Shown: positions 55,068 through 62,839 of the stretch, piece by piece
How positions within the stretch are numbered: the first letter of the stretch is position 1
How the letters are laid out: each line of letters begins with the position of its first letter
Source of the DNA: Octopus sinensis
Taxonomy: Eukaryota
Direction of reading: 5' to 3'
NCBI RefSeq assembly: GCF_006345805.1
Contig: NC_043003.1
Location: forward strand, 13,206,001-13,270,000
DNA: 64,000 nt
The notes under the pieces: generated by a model
The model's database searches: none
The model's input: the letters and a program-made list of their open reading frames with translations, nothing else
Told to the model about the DNA's origin: nothing
Made by a program: the position numbers and the translations under genes

Positions 55068-57576
55068 TCGAAAAATACCCTAGGAATGAGAATCCAGGTT
55101 TGACATTTACCCCAAGATACCTGGCAAAAGCTGGAGGGTATATCAGCTGAAATGTGTTAACAACAAACAAGATGAGAACTAATAATGTAAATAAAGTAAA
55201 TATTGTAAAAACTGTAAATAATGTAAATAATGTAAAATGCAGATGTGTTATAACTCTTGAAGCAGAATTTGTTCTCCTTATGGTGGTGAGCTGGCAGAAA
55301 CATTATCATGCCAGGCGAAATGCTTAGGGGTATTTCGTCTGTCTTTACGTTCTGAGTTCAAATTCCACTGAGGTCAACTTTGCTTTTCATCCTTCTGGAG
55401 TCGATAAATTAAGTACCAGTTGCATACTGGAGTCGATCTAATCAACTGGCCCCAACTCCCAAAATATTTCGGGCCTTGTGTCTCGAGTAGAAAAGAATTT
55501 GTTCTCCTTGTTACCAATATTACCAACAGCTGCAAGCTTAAATGATTTTTGTTCTTCTAAGTTAAACATTGTGGTGGTGCGTCGCTTAGTGGTTAGGGTG
55601 TCAGCATCATGATCGTAAGATTGTGGTTTTGATTCCTGGACCAGGCGACGCGTCGTGTTCTTGAGCAAAACACTTCATTTCACGTTGCTCTAGTCCACTC
55701 AGCTGGCAAAAATGAGTAACGCTGTGATGGACTGGCGTCCCATCCAGATGGGGAACACATACACCATGGAAACCGAGAAACCAGGCCCATGAGCCTGGCT
55801 AGGCTTTAAAAGGGTGCATTTATTATCATTTTAAGTTAAACATTGGTTGTTGTTAAATACTTTGAAATTGGTGCATGTGTGATTGTGTGGTAAGATGCTT
55901 GCTTCCAAACCACATAGCTTTTGGGCTCAGTCCCACTGTGTGGCACCTTGGGCAAGTGTCTTCTACTCTAGCCCCAGGCCCACCAAAGATATGTGAGTGG
56001 ATTTGTTAGATGGAAACTGAAAGAATCCTGCCATATGTATGTTTGTGTATGTGTTTGGCAAACCATCACTACTTGATATCTGTAACTTAGCAGTTTGGCA
56101 AAAGAGACCAATAGAATAAGTACAAGGTTTATAAAAAAAGTCTGTGTGTGTGTTTGACAACCTATCACCACTTGACAACTGGTATTGGTTTGTTTACATC
56201 CCTGTAACTTAGCAGTTTGGTGAATGAGAGAATAAGTAACAGACTTTAAAAGAAAAAATAAGTATTGAGGTTGATTTGTTCAACTAAAACCCTTCAAGGT
56301 GATGCCCCAACATGGTCGCATTCTAATGATTGAAACAAGTAAAAGATAAAAGATAAAAAACGAAAGACAACCTTATAATGGCTAACACTGAAAATAATGG
56401 CCAGATATAAAATCTTTTAAACAACTTGCATATAATCTTTTGTTTTTGTACTTGGTGACCCTGCCAGTGTTGGGGTCACTTAAAAAGCATCAAGTCTACA
56501 CTGTGAAGTGGTTGGCATTTGGAAGAACATTTAGCTGTAAAAACCTTGCCAAAACTGACCTCACCTGTGCTTGTCCCACGTAAAAAAGCACTTGTTCCAC
56601 TCTGTGGAGTGGTTGGTGTTAAGAAGGGCATCCAGCTGTAAAAAAACCTTGCCAAAACTGACCTCACCTGTGCTTGAGCCACATAAAAAAGCACTTGGTC
56701 CACTCTGTGGAGTGGTTGATGTTAAGAAGGGCATCCAGCTGTAAAAAACCTTGCCAAAACTGACCTCACCTGTGCTTGAGCCACATAAAAAAGCACTTGG
56801 TCCACTCTGTGGAGTGGTTGATGTTAAGAAGGGCATTCAGCTGTAAAAACCTTGCCAATACTGACCTCACCTGTGCTTGAGCCACATAAAAAAGCACTTG
56901 GTCCACTCTGTGGAGTGGTTGATGTTAAGAAGGGCATCCAGCTGTAAAAAACCTTGCCAAAACAGACACAGAAGTATGGTGCAGTCTTTTACCTGACCAG
57001 CTCCTGTCAAACTGTCCAACCCATGCTAGTACAGAAAGAGAATTTCAAACGATGATGTTGATGATGATGATGACAGAATTTTTGCTTGTTTTATTTGTGA
57101 ACAGTGTTTCCTCGAAAGGCCACGGAACTTCCTACGACATCGACAATTCCAAGTTCAGTAACCACAGCACTTCCACCAAGGACAACACCAAGTAAGTAAT
57201 AGTCTTATAATAACCGAAACATTCTTATGAAAGAGAAACCATTGCCGTACCAGCAAAGTGTTTGCTACATAAATCTATCAGAAATACCTGCTGAAGGATT
57301 CCATTCGTTTTCCATTGCTCGGATAGGTAGCTTCTTATCGAGTTGTATTTTTGAAACACATACTGATGGAGCTCTTTCTCTCTATTTCTTTATCTATCTA
57401 TCTATCTCTTTCTCTCTCTATGTCTCTTTCTCTCTCTCACTCTCTCTATTTATCTATCTATCTATTTTTCTCTTTAGCTCGATCTCTATCTATCTACCTA
57501 TCTCTTTCTCTCTCTAATTCTCTTTCTTTCTCTCTCTCTCTATCTATCCCTTTCTCTCTCTATGTCTCTTTCTCTA

Positions 57577-57611
<35 letters not shown>

Positions 57612-57673
57612 CCATCCATTTTTCTCTCTCTCTATCTATCTATCTATCTGTTGATCTCTTTCTCTCTTTAACT

Positions 57674-57713
<40 letters not shown>

Positions 57714-59129
57714 TGTTTGTCTCTCTATTTATCTCTTTCTCTATCTGTCTGTCTGTCTCTCTCTCTGTCTGTCTCTCTCTCTCTCTATCTCTCTCTCTCT
57801 CTCCTTATCCAATAACTTTATCAACTTTGGTGTGCTCCAAGGTTCAGTTTCTTATGCCTCAATGACTCACTTGCTGTCTCTCCCAACAACACCTACTTCC
57901 AAACCAGAGGTTCCAAGCTTTTTCGGGCTGCTGCCCCCTTGACACCCAACCCACATTCCTAGCACCCCCAGACCAACTAACCATAACAAACATAGACCTC
58001 TTTCTAATGCAAACTCAAAGCAACTGTATTTAACAAATAAAACTTAATCTCATGAACCCATTATTTCGTTACCTTTACATGAATACCTACCCCATTATCG
58101 CCCCACTTTTCTTCAGCGCCCCCTTAGGACTTTCCCCCACACCCAAGGGGGCAATACTGCCCACTTTGGGAACCACTGTCCTGCACAGACAATATCATCC
58201 TTCATTCTGTGCAAGCCTTCTGCACTTAAGAGTCATCTACATACAACCAAGATGATGATGATGATGATGATGATGATGACAGAATTTTTGCTTGTTTTGT
58301 TTGTGAACAGTGTATCCTCGAAACATACAACCAAGTGGCTCATTTACAACTATGATGCTATGTAAATGCAATGAGACAGTAACGCACACAGACAAACACA
58401 TACATGCACACATATATATATGCATATACATATATAGGCGCAGGAGTGGCTGTGTGGTAAGCAGCTTGCCTACCAACCACATGGTTCCGGGTTCAGTCCC
58501 ACTGCGTGGCATCTTGGGCAAGTGTCTTCTGCTATAGCCCCAGTCCGACCAATGCCTTGTGAGTTGATTTGGTAGACAGAAACTGAAAGAAGCCTGTCGT
58601 ATATATGTATATATCTATACGTGTGTTTGTGTGTCTGTGTTTGTCCCCCTAGCATTGCTTGACAACCGATGCTGGTGTGTTTACGTCCCCGTCACTTAGC
58701 GGTTCGGCAAAAGAGACCGATAGAATAAGTACTGGGCTTACAAAGAATAAGTCCCGGGGTCGATTTGCTCGACTAAAGGCGGTGCTCCAGCATGGCCGCA
58801 GTCAAATGACCGAAACAAGTAAAAGAGTAAAAAAGTAAAGAGGAGGCGCAATGGCCTAGTGGTTAGGGCAGCGGACTTGCGGTCGGAGGATCGCGGTTTC
58901 GATTCCCAGACCGGGCGTTGTGTGTGTTTATTGAGCGAAAACACCTAAAAGCTCCACGAGGCTCCGGCAGGAGGTGGTGATCCCTGCTGTACTCTAAAAG
59001 GCGGTGCTCCAGCATGGCCGCAGTCAAATGACTGAAACAAGTACCAAAAAAAAAGTATATCAGCACCATCATCGTTTAACATCCATTTTTCCATACTGGC
59101 ATGTGTATATACATAGGCGTGTGTGTGTG

Positions 59130-59201
<72 letters not shown>

Positions 59202-59290
59202 GTGTAAAAATCGGAGAAGGTAAATCAAGACTGCATTTTCAAGCTAAGCTTAACACAACTCATACCACACACACACACACACACACACAC

Positions 59291-59322
<32 letters not shown>

Positions 59323-60327
59323 AATTTAAAATAATAAAGGTGAAAAATTGAATATTAATTTGATTAATATCAATTTAAAACCAGTGGCCTAGCATAATGA
59401 AACATCTGAAGATTCAGAAAAATTATATTACATACATATAAGAGGGATGACCACTAAGTGGACATCCATATGATAGAAGTCAACCCCTATGGTCTTACCA
59501 CAAAGAAAGGAATAGCGGATCTACTTCTAGCATAATGAATGTCCATGTAGTGGTCATCCCTCTTATATGTATTATATATATATATATGAGCAAAACGCCC
59601 CCGTCCAATGGATGATGCTTAATCATATCTGCTGAATAAAAAGCAATCAGTGTTTTCTTTTCATTAAAAAATAATTAAGCATACCTTTATTCCAATAAAA
59701 TTTTTGGTTTTGTTAAATGAAGTTAAGGCAAAAAAAACTTCTTGAGAAACCAAATAGTCTTTCCTTCCTTCATGCCAAGTTTAAAGAAAATATCTCTTTT
59801 GCACCTTACTTTTTTGGTCTCTTAAATATACTGCATTTTGTGGCATTATTTCAAGCCAGCCGGCTTTTTTGCGCAAACCGCACATGCATTTTTCTTGCAT
59901 ACGCATAGTATCAATCGCAATAGCTGATGTACTTGCGCATACAAATGCACGTTCCCATGGCTTTATCGATCGCATTCTCACCTGGAATCAATTTTTGTAA
60001 TTTTTTCAAGACTTATACATGCCCTGATACCATTGGTATCTACATATCAAATTTGAGCGCAATTGGATGGGGGATGCCCGAGATCCTAGAACACACACAC
60101 ACAGACAGACAGAACGGCAGATGAGCTGGCAGAAACGTTAGCACGCTGGGTAAAATGCTTAGCGGCATTTCGTCTGCTGCTATGTTCTGAGTTCAAATTC
60201 CGCCGAGATCAACTTTGCCTTTCATCTTTTCGGGGTCGCACTGAGGTTGATATAATCAACTTAATCCATTTGTCTGTCCTTGTTTGTCCTCTCTGTGTTT
60301 AGCCCCCTATGGGTAGTAAAGAAATAG

Positions 60328-60378
<51 letters not shown>

Positions 60379-62465
60379 CACATAAAAACATACACCCATA
60401 AACACACACATACACATATTAATAACTATTTATATTTTTTACAATTTTACAGCACCAACTCAATACGACTGCACTTTTGAAAAAGATATGTGTTCTTGGA
60501 CTAATGATGTTAAAGCCGATTTCAAATGGGCTAGAGCTCAAGGCCCATCGGGACACTATAAGAGTGGCCCAACAACAGACCATACCTCTGGAACAAGTAA
60601 GTGTGTTAATCAATAATATATTAAGTTAACCCTTTAGCATTTAAATTGGTCATATCTCTCTCATTACAGTCTCTATCTTTCTCTATCTCTTTCTCCCTTT
60701 CAATCCATTGTTGTGCCATCAGCCTGCCATTAGTCCATATCAATACTTCTATAATATTTCTCTGTTGCTCCTTTTCACCTCCACACGTGACCCTGGGTCT
60801 TGAACCACACAAGCGACAATCCAAAAAACATTTACGCCTGCTGGTACGCCATTCACTCTGATCTTCATGGTTCTCTTTGAGAAGCAGTTGGGATAGAGGA
60901 CTATTCAGTCCACCGGGGTGACACTGCATGTCTTTGCGCAAGGTCCTCACTTTTAAAGAGGACCTCAATCTGGCAAACTGCCTCCTTCTCTGTATATGAG
61001 CCACATATATTAAAATGTCTCTGAGGGCCTTCTCAGCATGACTAACGGACACTATTTCAGCCCCTCGGGTTTTGCATGATACACATCTGAAATAAATGGT
61101 CTTCCCCTCTTTCGCCTTTATTAATTCAGGTGGTACTAGTACTGTGGCCTTACTACACTCAAATTGGATGATACCTTTTGCTTTTGTAAGAAAAGTACCA
61201 GTCAAATACTGGGGTCAGTGTAATGAATTGCCTCTCCTCTCAAACTGCTGGCCTTGTACTGAATTAAGGAAGAAAAGTATTATGGCATACATACATTTTA
61301 TGTAGCGAGTAAATGTGTGTTTGTATATGTATATACATTGTATTAACCCTTTAGTGTACAAAATGTCCATAACAGGCCAAACATTTTCTACTTGTTTTAT
61401 GTTGAAACTGGTCAGTCTGGCCTCTCACACCTACCCAACAATGTCATTGGTAAAATGTCGTTGTTGAAATATACATTCCCAAGGTTGAAATCACAAAGCT
61501 TTAAGATAATGCATGATTAAATTAAAAACAATGCGAATAAGCAAACATTACATTTGACAGAATAATCTGAATCCTAAAGGGTTAAATGTTTAAAGATAAG
61601 GTAAAAGAGTAAAGACCCCCTTTGGTCATGAATGGGATTGCACCTAGAAAGTTCCCCTCCAAAGCACAAGTCCAGGCAAGGTTGTTTATGGAAGACCAGC
61701 AGTCACCCATGCATACCAGCCTCCCCTCTCTATGCCAAGGGTAAAGACCCTCTTTGGTCATGAATGACCATGGGATTGCACCTAGAAAGTTCCCCTCCAA
61801 AACACAAGTCCAGGCAAGTTTGTTTATAGAAGACCAGCAGTCACCCATGCATATCAGCCTTTTCTCTCCACATCACCGATGTTATCCAAGGGAAAGGCAA
61901 AGTCTGATACAGTTTGGCACCGGTACATCACAGCTCATTTCTACAGCTGAGTGAACTGGTGCAATGTGAAATAAAGTGTCTTGCTCAAGAACACAACACA
62001 CAGCCTGGTCTAGGAATTGAACTCACTACCTCATGATTGTGAGCCTAACACTCTAACCACTGAGTCCAAATGTATATGTATATTTGTACATGATAACATT
62101 TCTGTGCAATTCAGAATGCAGAGTCTAATTCCTATGAAGGTCAATTGTTTTTCCATTTTTTTAAATGATGTTATATATAATATTTCATATCCTCAGAAGA
62201 CGGCTGGTATATTCTGTCAAAGAGATCGTGGCGCTCTAAATCTTACTCAAAGGCACGTATTGTTGGTCCAAGCATCCCTCCTTCTCAGACACGATGTCTG
62301 AACTTTTGGTATCACATGTACGGAGCCTATGTGAATCAGCTACAAGTAAATGTCACACAAGGAACAACTACCAAAAAATTATGGGTGAAAACAGGTGACC
62401 AGGGCAATTTATGGAGACAAGCTTTTATTCACATGGATAAGAGTGCATATAAAACTAATTACAAG
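907..62465 (+). CDS. Spliced multi-MAM-domain protein (MALRD1 / 'MAM and LDL-receptor class A domain-containing protein'-like), partial: 21 exons, 6 complete + 1 partial MAM domains, both ends outside window
   Basis: Hand-spliced exons all have AG/GT boundaries and compatible phases, giving one open frame. MAM motifs recur: CxFE..C.W, GP..DHT.G, G.Y, FWYHMYG, W....G..W, IxIDD. No LDLa exon seen, so orthology to MALRD1 is unproven. Confidence 0.92.
2311..2386 (+). ncRNA. Type I hammerhead-like motif with core variant CCGAAGA
   Basis: Stem I ACUCUA/UAGAGU (6 bp), long imperfect stem II, GAAAC-AAUU-GUA with palindrome ACAAUUGU. Confidence 0.6.
2652..2809 (+). CDS. Exon 2, MAM1 ([23 protein letters not shown]...[19 protein letters not shown])
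   Basis: ttttcag / gtaaga, 158 nt, phase 1-0; inside ORF 2612..2902. Confidence 0.93.
3945..5178 (-). mobile_element. Full-length decayed mariner (Hsmar1/cecropia-like transposase pseudogene)
   Basis: TIRs TTAGGTCATTAAGAATAAAATG / ATTTCATTTTTAATGACCTGA flanked by TA; ORFs 4365..4997 (WIPHEL) and 4056..4322 ([17 protein letters not shown]) broken by frameshifts. Confidence 0.9.
5686..5884 (+). CDS. Exon 3, MAM1 C-term ([25 protein letters not shown]...[18 protein letters not shown])
   Basis: polyT-atccag / gtatga, 199 nt, phase 0-1; inside ORF 5590..5982. Confidence 0.92.
6530..6950. repeat. Long (TA)n-type microsatellite; many similar tracts across the window
   Basis: Direct reading. Confidence 0.95.
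7023..7253. mobile_element. Second piggyBac-type MITE family; other copies about 28068-28298 and 48060-48237
   Basis: TTAACC...AAAGGGTTAA ends and shared internal sequence. Confidence 0.65.
7305..8469. mobile_element. Non-autonomous hAT element inserted in a tRNA-SINE head, carrying nested repeats
   Basis: CAGTGTTTCTCAAC...GTTTAGAAACACTG TIRs; 8-bp TSD GGTTAGAG/GGTTAAAG; SINE head continues on both sides. Confidence 0.8.
10112..10755. repeat. (CAT/CAC)n compound microsatellite
   Basis: Direct reading. Confidence 0.95.
10902..11048 (+). CDS. Exon 4, MAM2 N-term ([29 protein letters not shown]...[11 protein letters not shown])
   Basis: cgtttttag / gtaaga, 147 nt, phase 1-1; not in the ORF track. 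Confidence 0.92.
14222..14478 (+). CDS. Exon 5, MAM2 core ([10 protein letters not shown]...[12 protein letters not shown]...[20 protein letters not shown])
   Basis: ttgttgcag / gtgagt, 257 nt, phase 1-0. Confidence 0.93.
14648..15327. repeat. Tandem duplication, unit about 335 bp
   Basis: TCTAGAAGAATGAAGCTG at 14648 and 14983; copies are near-identical. Confidence 0.9.
16026..16113 (+). CDS. Exon 6, MAM2 C-term ([29 protein letters not shown])
   Basis: ttttacag / gtaaaa, 88 nt, phase 0-1. Confidence 0.92.
16259..16490 (+). mobile_element. tRNA-derived SINE family A (about 230 bp); other copies about 14-242(-), 9113-9525(-, two), 27345-27520(-), 36563-36775(+), 46555-46785(-), 55284-55480(+), 60120-60330(+)
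   Basis: GGCGAGCTGGCAGAATCG A-box, GAGTTCAAATTCC B-box, near-identical dispersed copies. Confidence 0.85.
18269..18406 (+). CDS. Exon 7, MAM3 N-term ([46 protein letters not shown])
   Basis: tttcctctag / gtaaga, 138 nt, phase 1-1. Confidence 0.91.
18669..18981 (+). mobile_element. hAT (Charlie/SPIN-type) deletion derivative with transposase C-terminus
   Basis: CAGGGGTCACCAAAC..CAGCCC terminus; ORF 18697..18915 [16 protein letters not shown]...RTRLTD (hAT dimerisation domain). Confidence 0.82.
22680..23390 (-). mobile_element. R4/Dong-type non-LTR retrotransposon fragment (CCHC knuckle + restriction-like endonuclease)
   Basis: [20 protein letters not shown]...YLHWKIC...[22 protein letters not shown] on the minus strand. 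Confidence 0.78.
23054..23213 (-). mobile_element. 5'-truncated RTE-BovB-type 3' end nested in the R4 fragment
   Basis: [23 protein letters not shown] zinc finger, then CATTGTCTCCCGAGACAAAAAGGATGCCAACAAC tail. Confidence 0.72.
24545..25830. repeat. Four tandem about 225-240 bp units separated by (ATT)n/(GTT)n(GCT)n tracts; the last unit continues into a longer interspersed element
   Basis: Units start GAGTGAG..GCAGTGCATGCCATCAAAGTGACAC at about 24567, 24796, 25025, 25275. Confidence 0.85.
26104..26357 (+). CDS. Exon 8, MAM3 core (GHYIFLASD...[12 protein letters not shown]...[20 protein letters not shown])
   Basis: tttgcag / gtaaga, 254 nt, phase 1-0. Confidence 0.93.
27057..27335 (+). mobile_element. 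Tc1/mariner-superfamily (DD37D/maT-like) 5' fragment
   Basis: TA-CAGGGTG start; decayed frame [40 protein letters not shown] resembles a transposase HTH region (from memory). Confidence 0.55.
27962..28046 (+). CDS. Exon 9, MAM3 C-term ([28 protein letters not shown])
   Basis: attttag / gtaact, 85 nt, phase 0-1. Confidence 0.91.
28644..28715 (+). CDS. Exon 10, linker ([24 protein letters not shown])
   Basis: tattttcag / gtaagt, 72 nt, phase 1-1, open frame; same position as linker exon 19. Confidence 0.78.
28815..29337. mobile_element. pogo/Tigger-like MITE
   Basis: TA-CCATAAATCCTCGGGTATAATC ... GACTATACTCAAAGACTTACAG-TA imperfect TIRs. Confidence 0.65.
31343..31486 (+). CDS. Exon 11, MAM4 N-term ([47 protein letters not shown])
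   Basis: ttttcatcag / gtaagt, 144 nt, phase 1-1. Confidence 0.93.
33355..33614 (+). CDS. Exon 12, MAM4 core ([23 protein letters not shown]...[11 protein letters not shown]...INFEKSTQ)
   Basis: ttcttgcag / gtatat, 260 nt, phase 1-0. Confidence 0.93.
34060..34760 (-). mobile_element. Decayed RTE-clade LINE ORF2 C-terminal fragment
   Basis: ORF 34404..34697 (..[22 protein letters not shown]) continues across frameshifts to [36 protein letters not shown]. Confidence 0.85.
37658..37751 (+). CDS. Exon 13, MAM4 C-term ([31 protein letters not shown])
   Basis: polyT-acag / gtaaga, 94 nt, phase 0-1. Confidence 0.93.
38750..39010 (-). mobile_element. Decayed RTE LINE C-terminus
   Basis: Frameshifted [31 protein letters not shown] motif. 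Confidence 0.65.
40996..41139 (+). CDS. Exon 14, MAM5 N-term ([29 protein letters not shown]...[13 protein letters not shown])
   Basis: ctcttaatag / gtaaac, 144 nt, phase 1-1. Confidence 0.93.
41171..41572 (+). mobile_element. Helitron/Helentron-associated (HINE/Lep1-like) non-autonomous element; copies about 19365-19880, 20514-20905, 41610-42003, 48752-49265, 59590-60118
   Basis: Shared 5' end ACTAGCAGTATCGCCCGGCGTTGCTCGGG hairpin, (ACAG/AC)n near 3' end, terminus TTTATATATA(T)AGAT; family assignment from memory of that architecture. Confidence 0.65.
42808..43149 (+). CDS. Exon 15, MAM5 core + C-term (GHYMYIKS...[11 protein letters not shown]...[18 protein letters not shown])
   Basis: tttttag / gtaagt, 342 nt, phase 1-1. 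Confidence 0.95.
44451..44496 (+). ncRNA. Minimal type I hammerhead ribozyme (Penelope-like), intact core
   Basis: GACAC-CUGAAGA-A-GGCUG(GAGGGUAUAU)CAGCC-GAAAC-GUU-GUGUU; predicted cleavage after 44491; palindromic AACGUU stem III. Confidence 0.8.
47092..47229 (+). CDS. Exon 16, MAM6 N-term ([27 protein letters not shown]...[13 protein letters not shown])
   Basis: ctcttcag / gtaaga, 138 nt, phase 1-1. Confidence 0.93.
47476..47536 (+). ncRNA. Hammerhead-like motif in palindrome; mirror copy on minus strand about 47409-47470
   Basis: AAUAA-CUGAAGA-GAUG...CAUC-C-GAAAC-UCGGA-GUU-UUAUC. Confidence 0.6.
49390..49820 (+). mobile_element. RTE-type 3'-end repeat family C ending in (GAT)n with variable internal 50-60 bp tandem units; copies about 8030-8325, 15590-15960, 35030-35350(-), 35780-36220(-), 37378-37525, 39385-39745, 49968-50160(-), 51680-51850(-), 54255-54745, 56490-57072, 63290-63530
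   Basis: TTAGGAAGGGCATCCAGCTGTAGAAAC...CCAACCCATGCTAGCATGGAAAACGGACGTTAAAC(GAT)n shared by all copies. Confidence 0.8.
50592..50901 (-). mobile_element. tRNA-derived SINE family D with 14-bp TSD; relatives about 6240-6530(-), 19029-19330(-), 38205-38575(+), 40180-40490(-), 45690-45935(+), 55575-55820(+), 58840-58995(+)
   Basis: TGGCCTAGTGG / GAGTTCGAATC boxes; TSD CAGCATCCAAAGAT at 50578-50591 and 50902-50915; V-SINE-like GACGGACC/GATGGACTGG segment. Confidence 0.85.
51140..51393 (+). CDS. Exon 17, MAM6 core ([22 protein letters not shown]...[11 protein letters not shown]...ASNKPFQ)
   Basis: ttttatag / gtaaaa, 254 nt, phase 1-0. Confidence 0.93.
52453..53744 (-). mobile_element. Full-length mariner (irritans/Hsmar2-like), DD34D transposase with about 3 frameshifts
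   Basis: 37-bp TIRs CGAGGGGCGTTCAATAAGTAATGCCCCTGACCCACTT (2 mismatches), TA on both sides; QDETW, QDNAPVH and WLPRLL motifs in ORFs 53319..53540 and 52696..53337. Confidence 0.95.
54069..54153 (+). CDS. Exon 18, MAM6 C-term ([28 protein letters not shown])
   Basis: ttcctcag / gtaagt, 85 nt, phase 0-1. Confidence 0.93.
54775..54820 (-). ncRNA. Minimal type I hammerhead ribozyme, near-intact
   Basis: Minus strand GACAC-CUGAUGA-A-GGUUG(...)CAGCC-GAAAU-GUU-GUGUU; changes keep G-U pairing. Confidence 0.72.
57105..57191 (+). CDS. Exon 19, Thr/Pro-rich linker ([29 protein letters not shown])
   Basis: tgtgaacag / gtaagt, 87 nt, phase 1-1. Confidence 0.85.
57905..58178. mobile_element. hAT-type MITE
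   Basis: CAGAGGTTCCAAG ... TTTGGGAACCACTG termini; no clear TSD. Confidence 0.6.
58435..58835 (+). mobile_element. tRNA-derived SINE family B with CORE-like CCTTGGGCAAG segment and (AAAGAGT)n tail; copies about 11818-12220(-), 12380-12770(+), 20990-21445(-), 26665-27050(+), 32320-32735(-), 44930-45360(+), 47718-48060(+)
   Basis: AGGAGTGGCTGTGTGG A-box, GGTTCAGTCCC B-box, high similarity between copies. Confidence 0.85.
60453..60596 (+). CDS. Exon 20, MAM7 N-term ([30 protein letters not shown]...[11 protein letters not shown])
   Basis: ttttacag / gtaagt, 144 nt, phase 1-1. Confidence 0.93.
60700..61110 (-). mobile_element. Highly decayed RTE-like LINE 3' fragment
   Basis: YVAHIQRR..., SPRWTE, EDQSEWR resemble RTE C-terminal motifs. 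Confidence 0.45.
61347..61581. mobile_element. piggyBac-type MITE (TTAA-CCCTTTAG...CTAAAGGG-TTAA); related or interrupted copies near 9005-10075, 28760, 34003, 43173-43890, 45370, 60628
   Basis: TTAA on both sides, CCC/GGG termini, shared internal sequence between copies. Confidence 0.75.
62197..62465 (+). CDS. Exon 21, MAM7 core (DGWYILSK...[12 protein letters not shown]...[12 protein letters not shown]...KTNYK)
   Basis: tatcctcag / gtaaga, 269 nt, phase 1-0; the next exon is outside the window. Confidence 0.93.
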
Positions 62466-62741
62466 GTAAGACTATAGAATTTTAAATGATCTATCTTTTC
62501 TCTTTTTTTTTTCTTTTTTTACTCATTTCAAACATTTGATTGTGGCTATGCTGGAGCAATATCTTGAAGGGTTTTGTCGAACAAATCGACTACAGTACTT
62601 TGTTTTTTTTAAAGACTTGTGTTTTGCTGAACTACTAAGTTATGGGGATGTGAACAAACCAACACTGGCTGTTAAGTGGTGGTGGTGGTGGTGGTGGACA
62701 AACACAACATAAACACATAGACACAGATACACACATACACG

Positions 62742-62833
<92 letters not shown>

Positions 62834-62839
62834 TAGACA

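Noticed and set aside
60621-61205. 194-aa minus-strand ORF as an antisense gene
   Set aside because: Mosaic of a SINE remnant, decayed LINE and (GA)n sequence.
907-62465. Assigning the symbol MALRD1
   Set aside because: No LDLa modules, signal peptide or transmembrane segment in the window; orthology needs a phylogeny.
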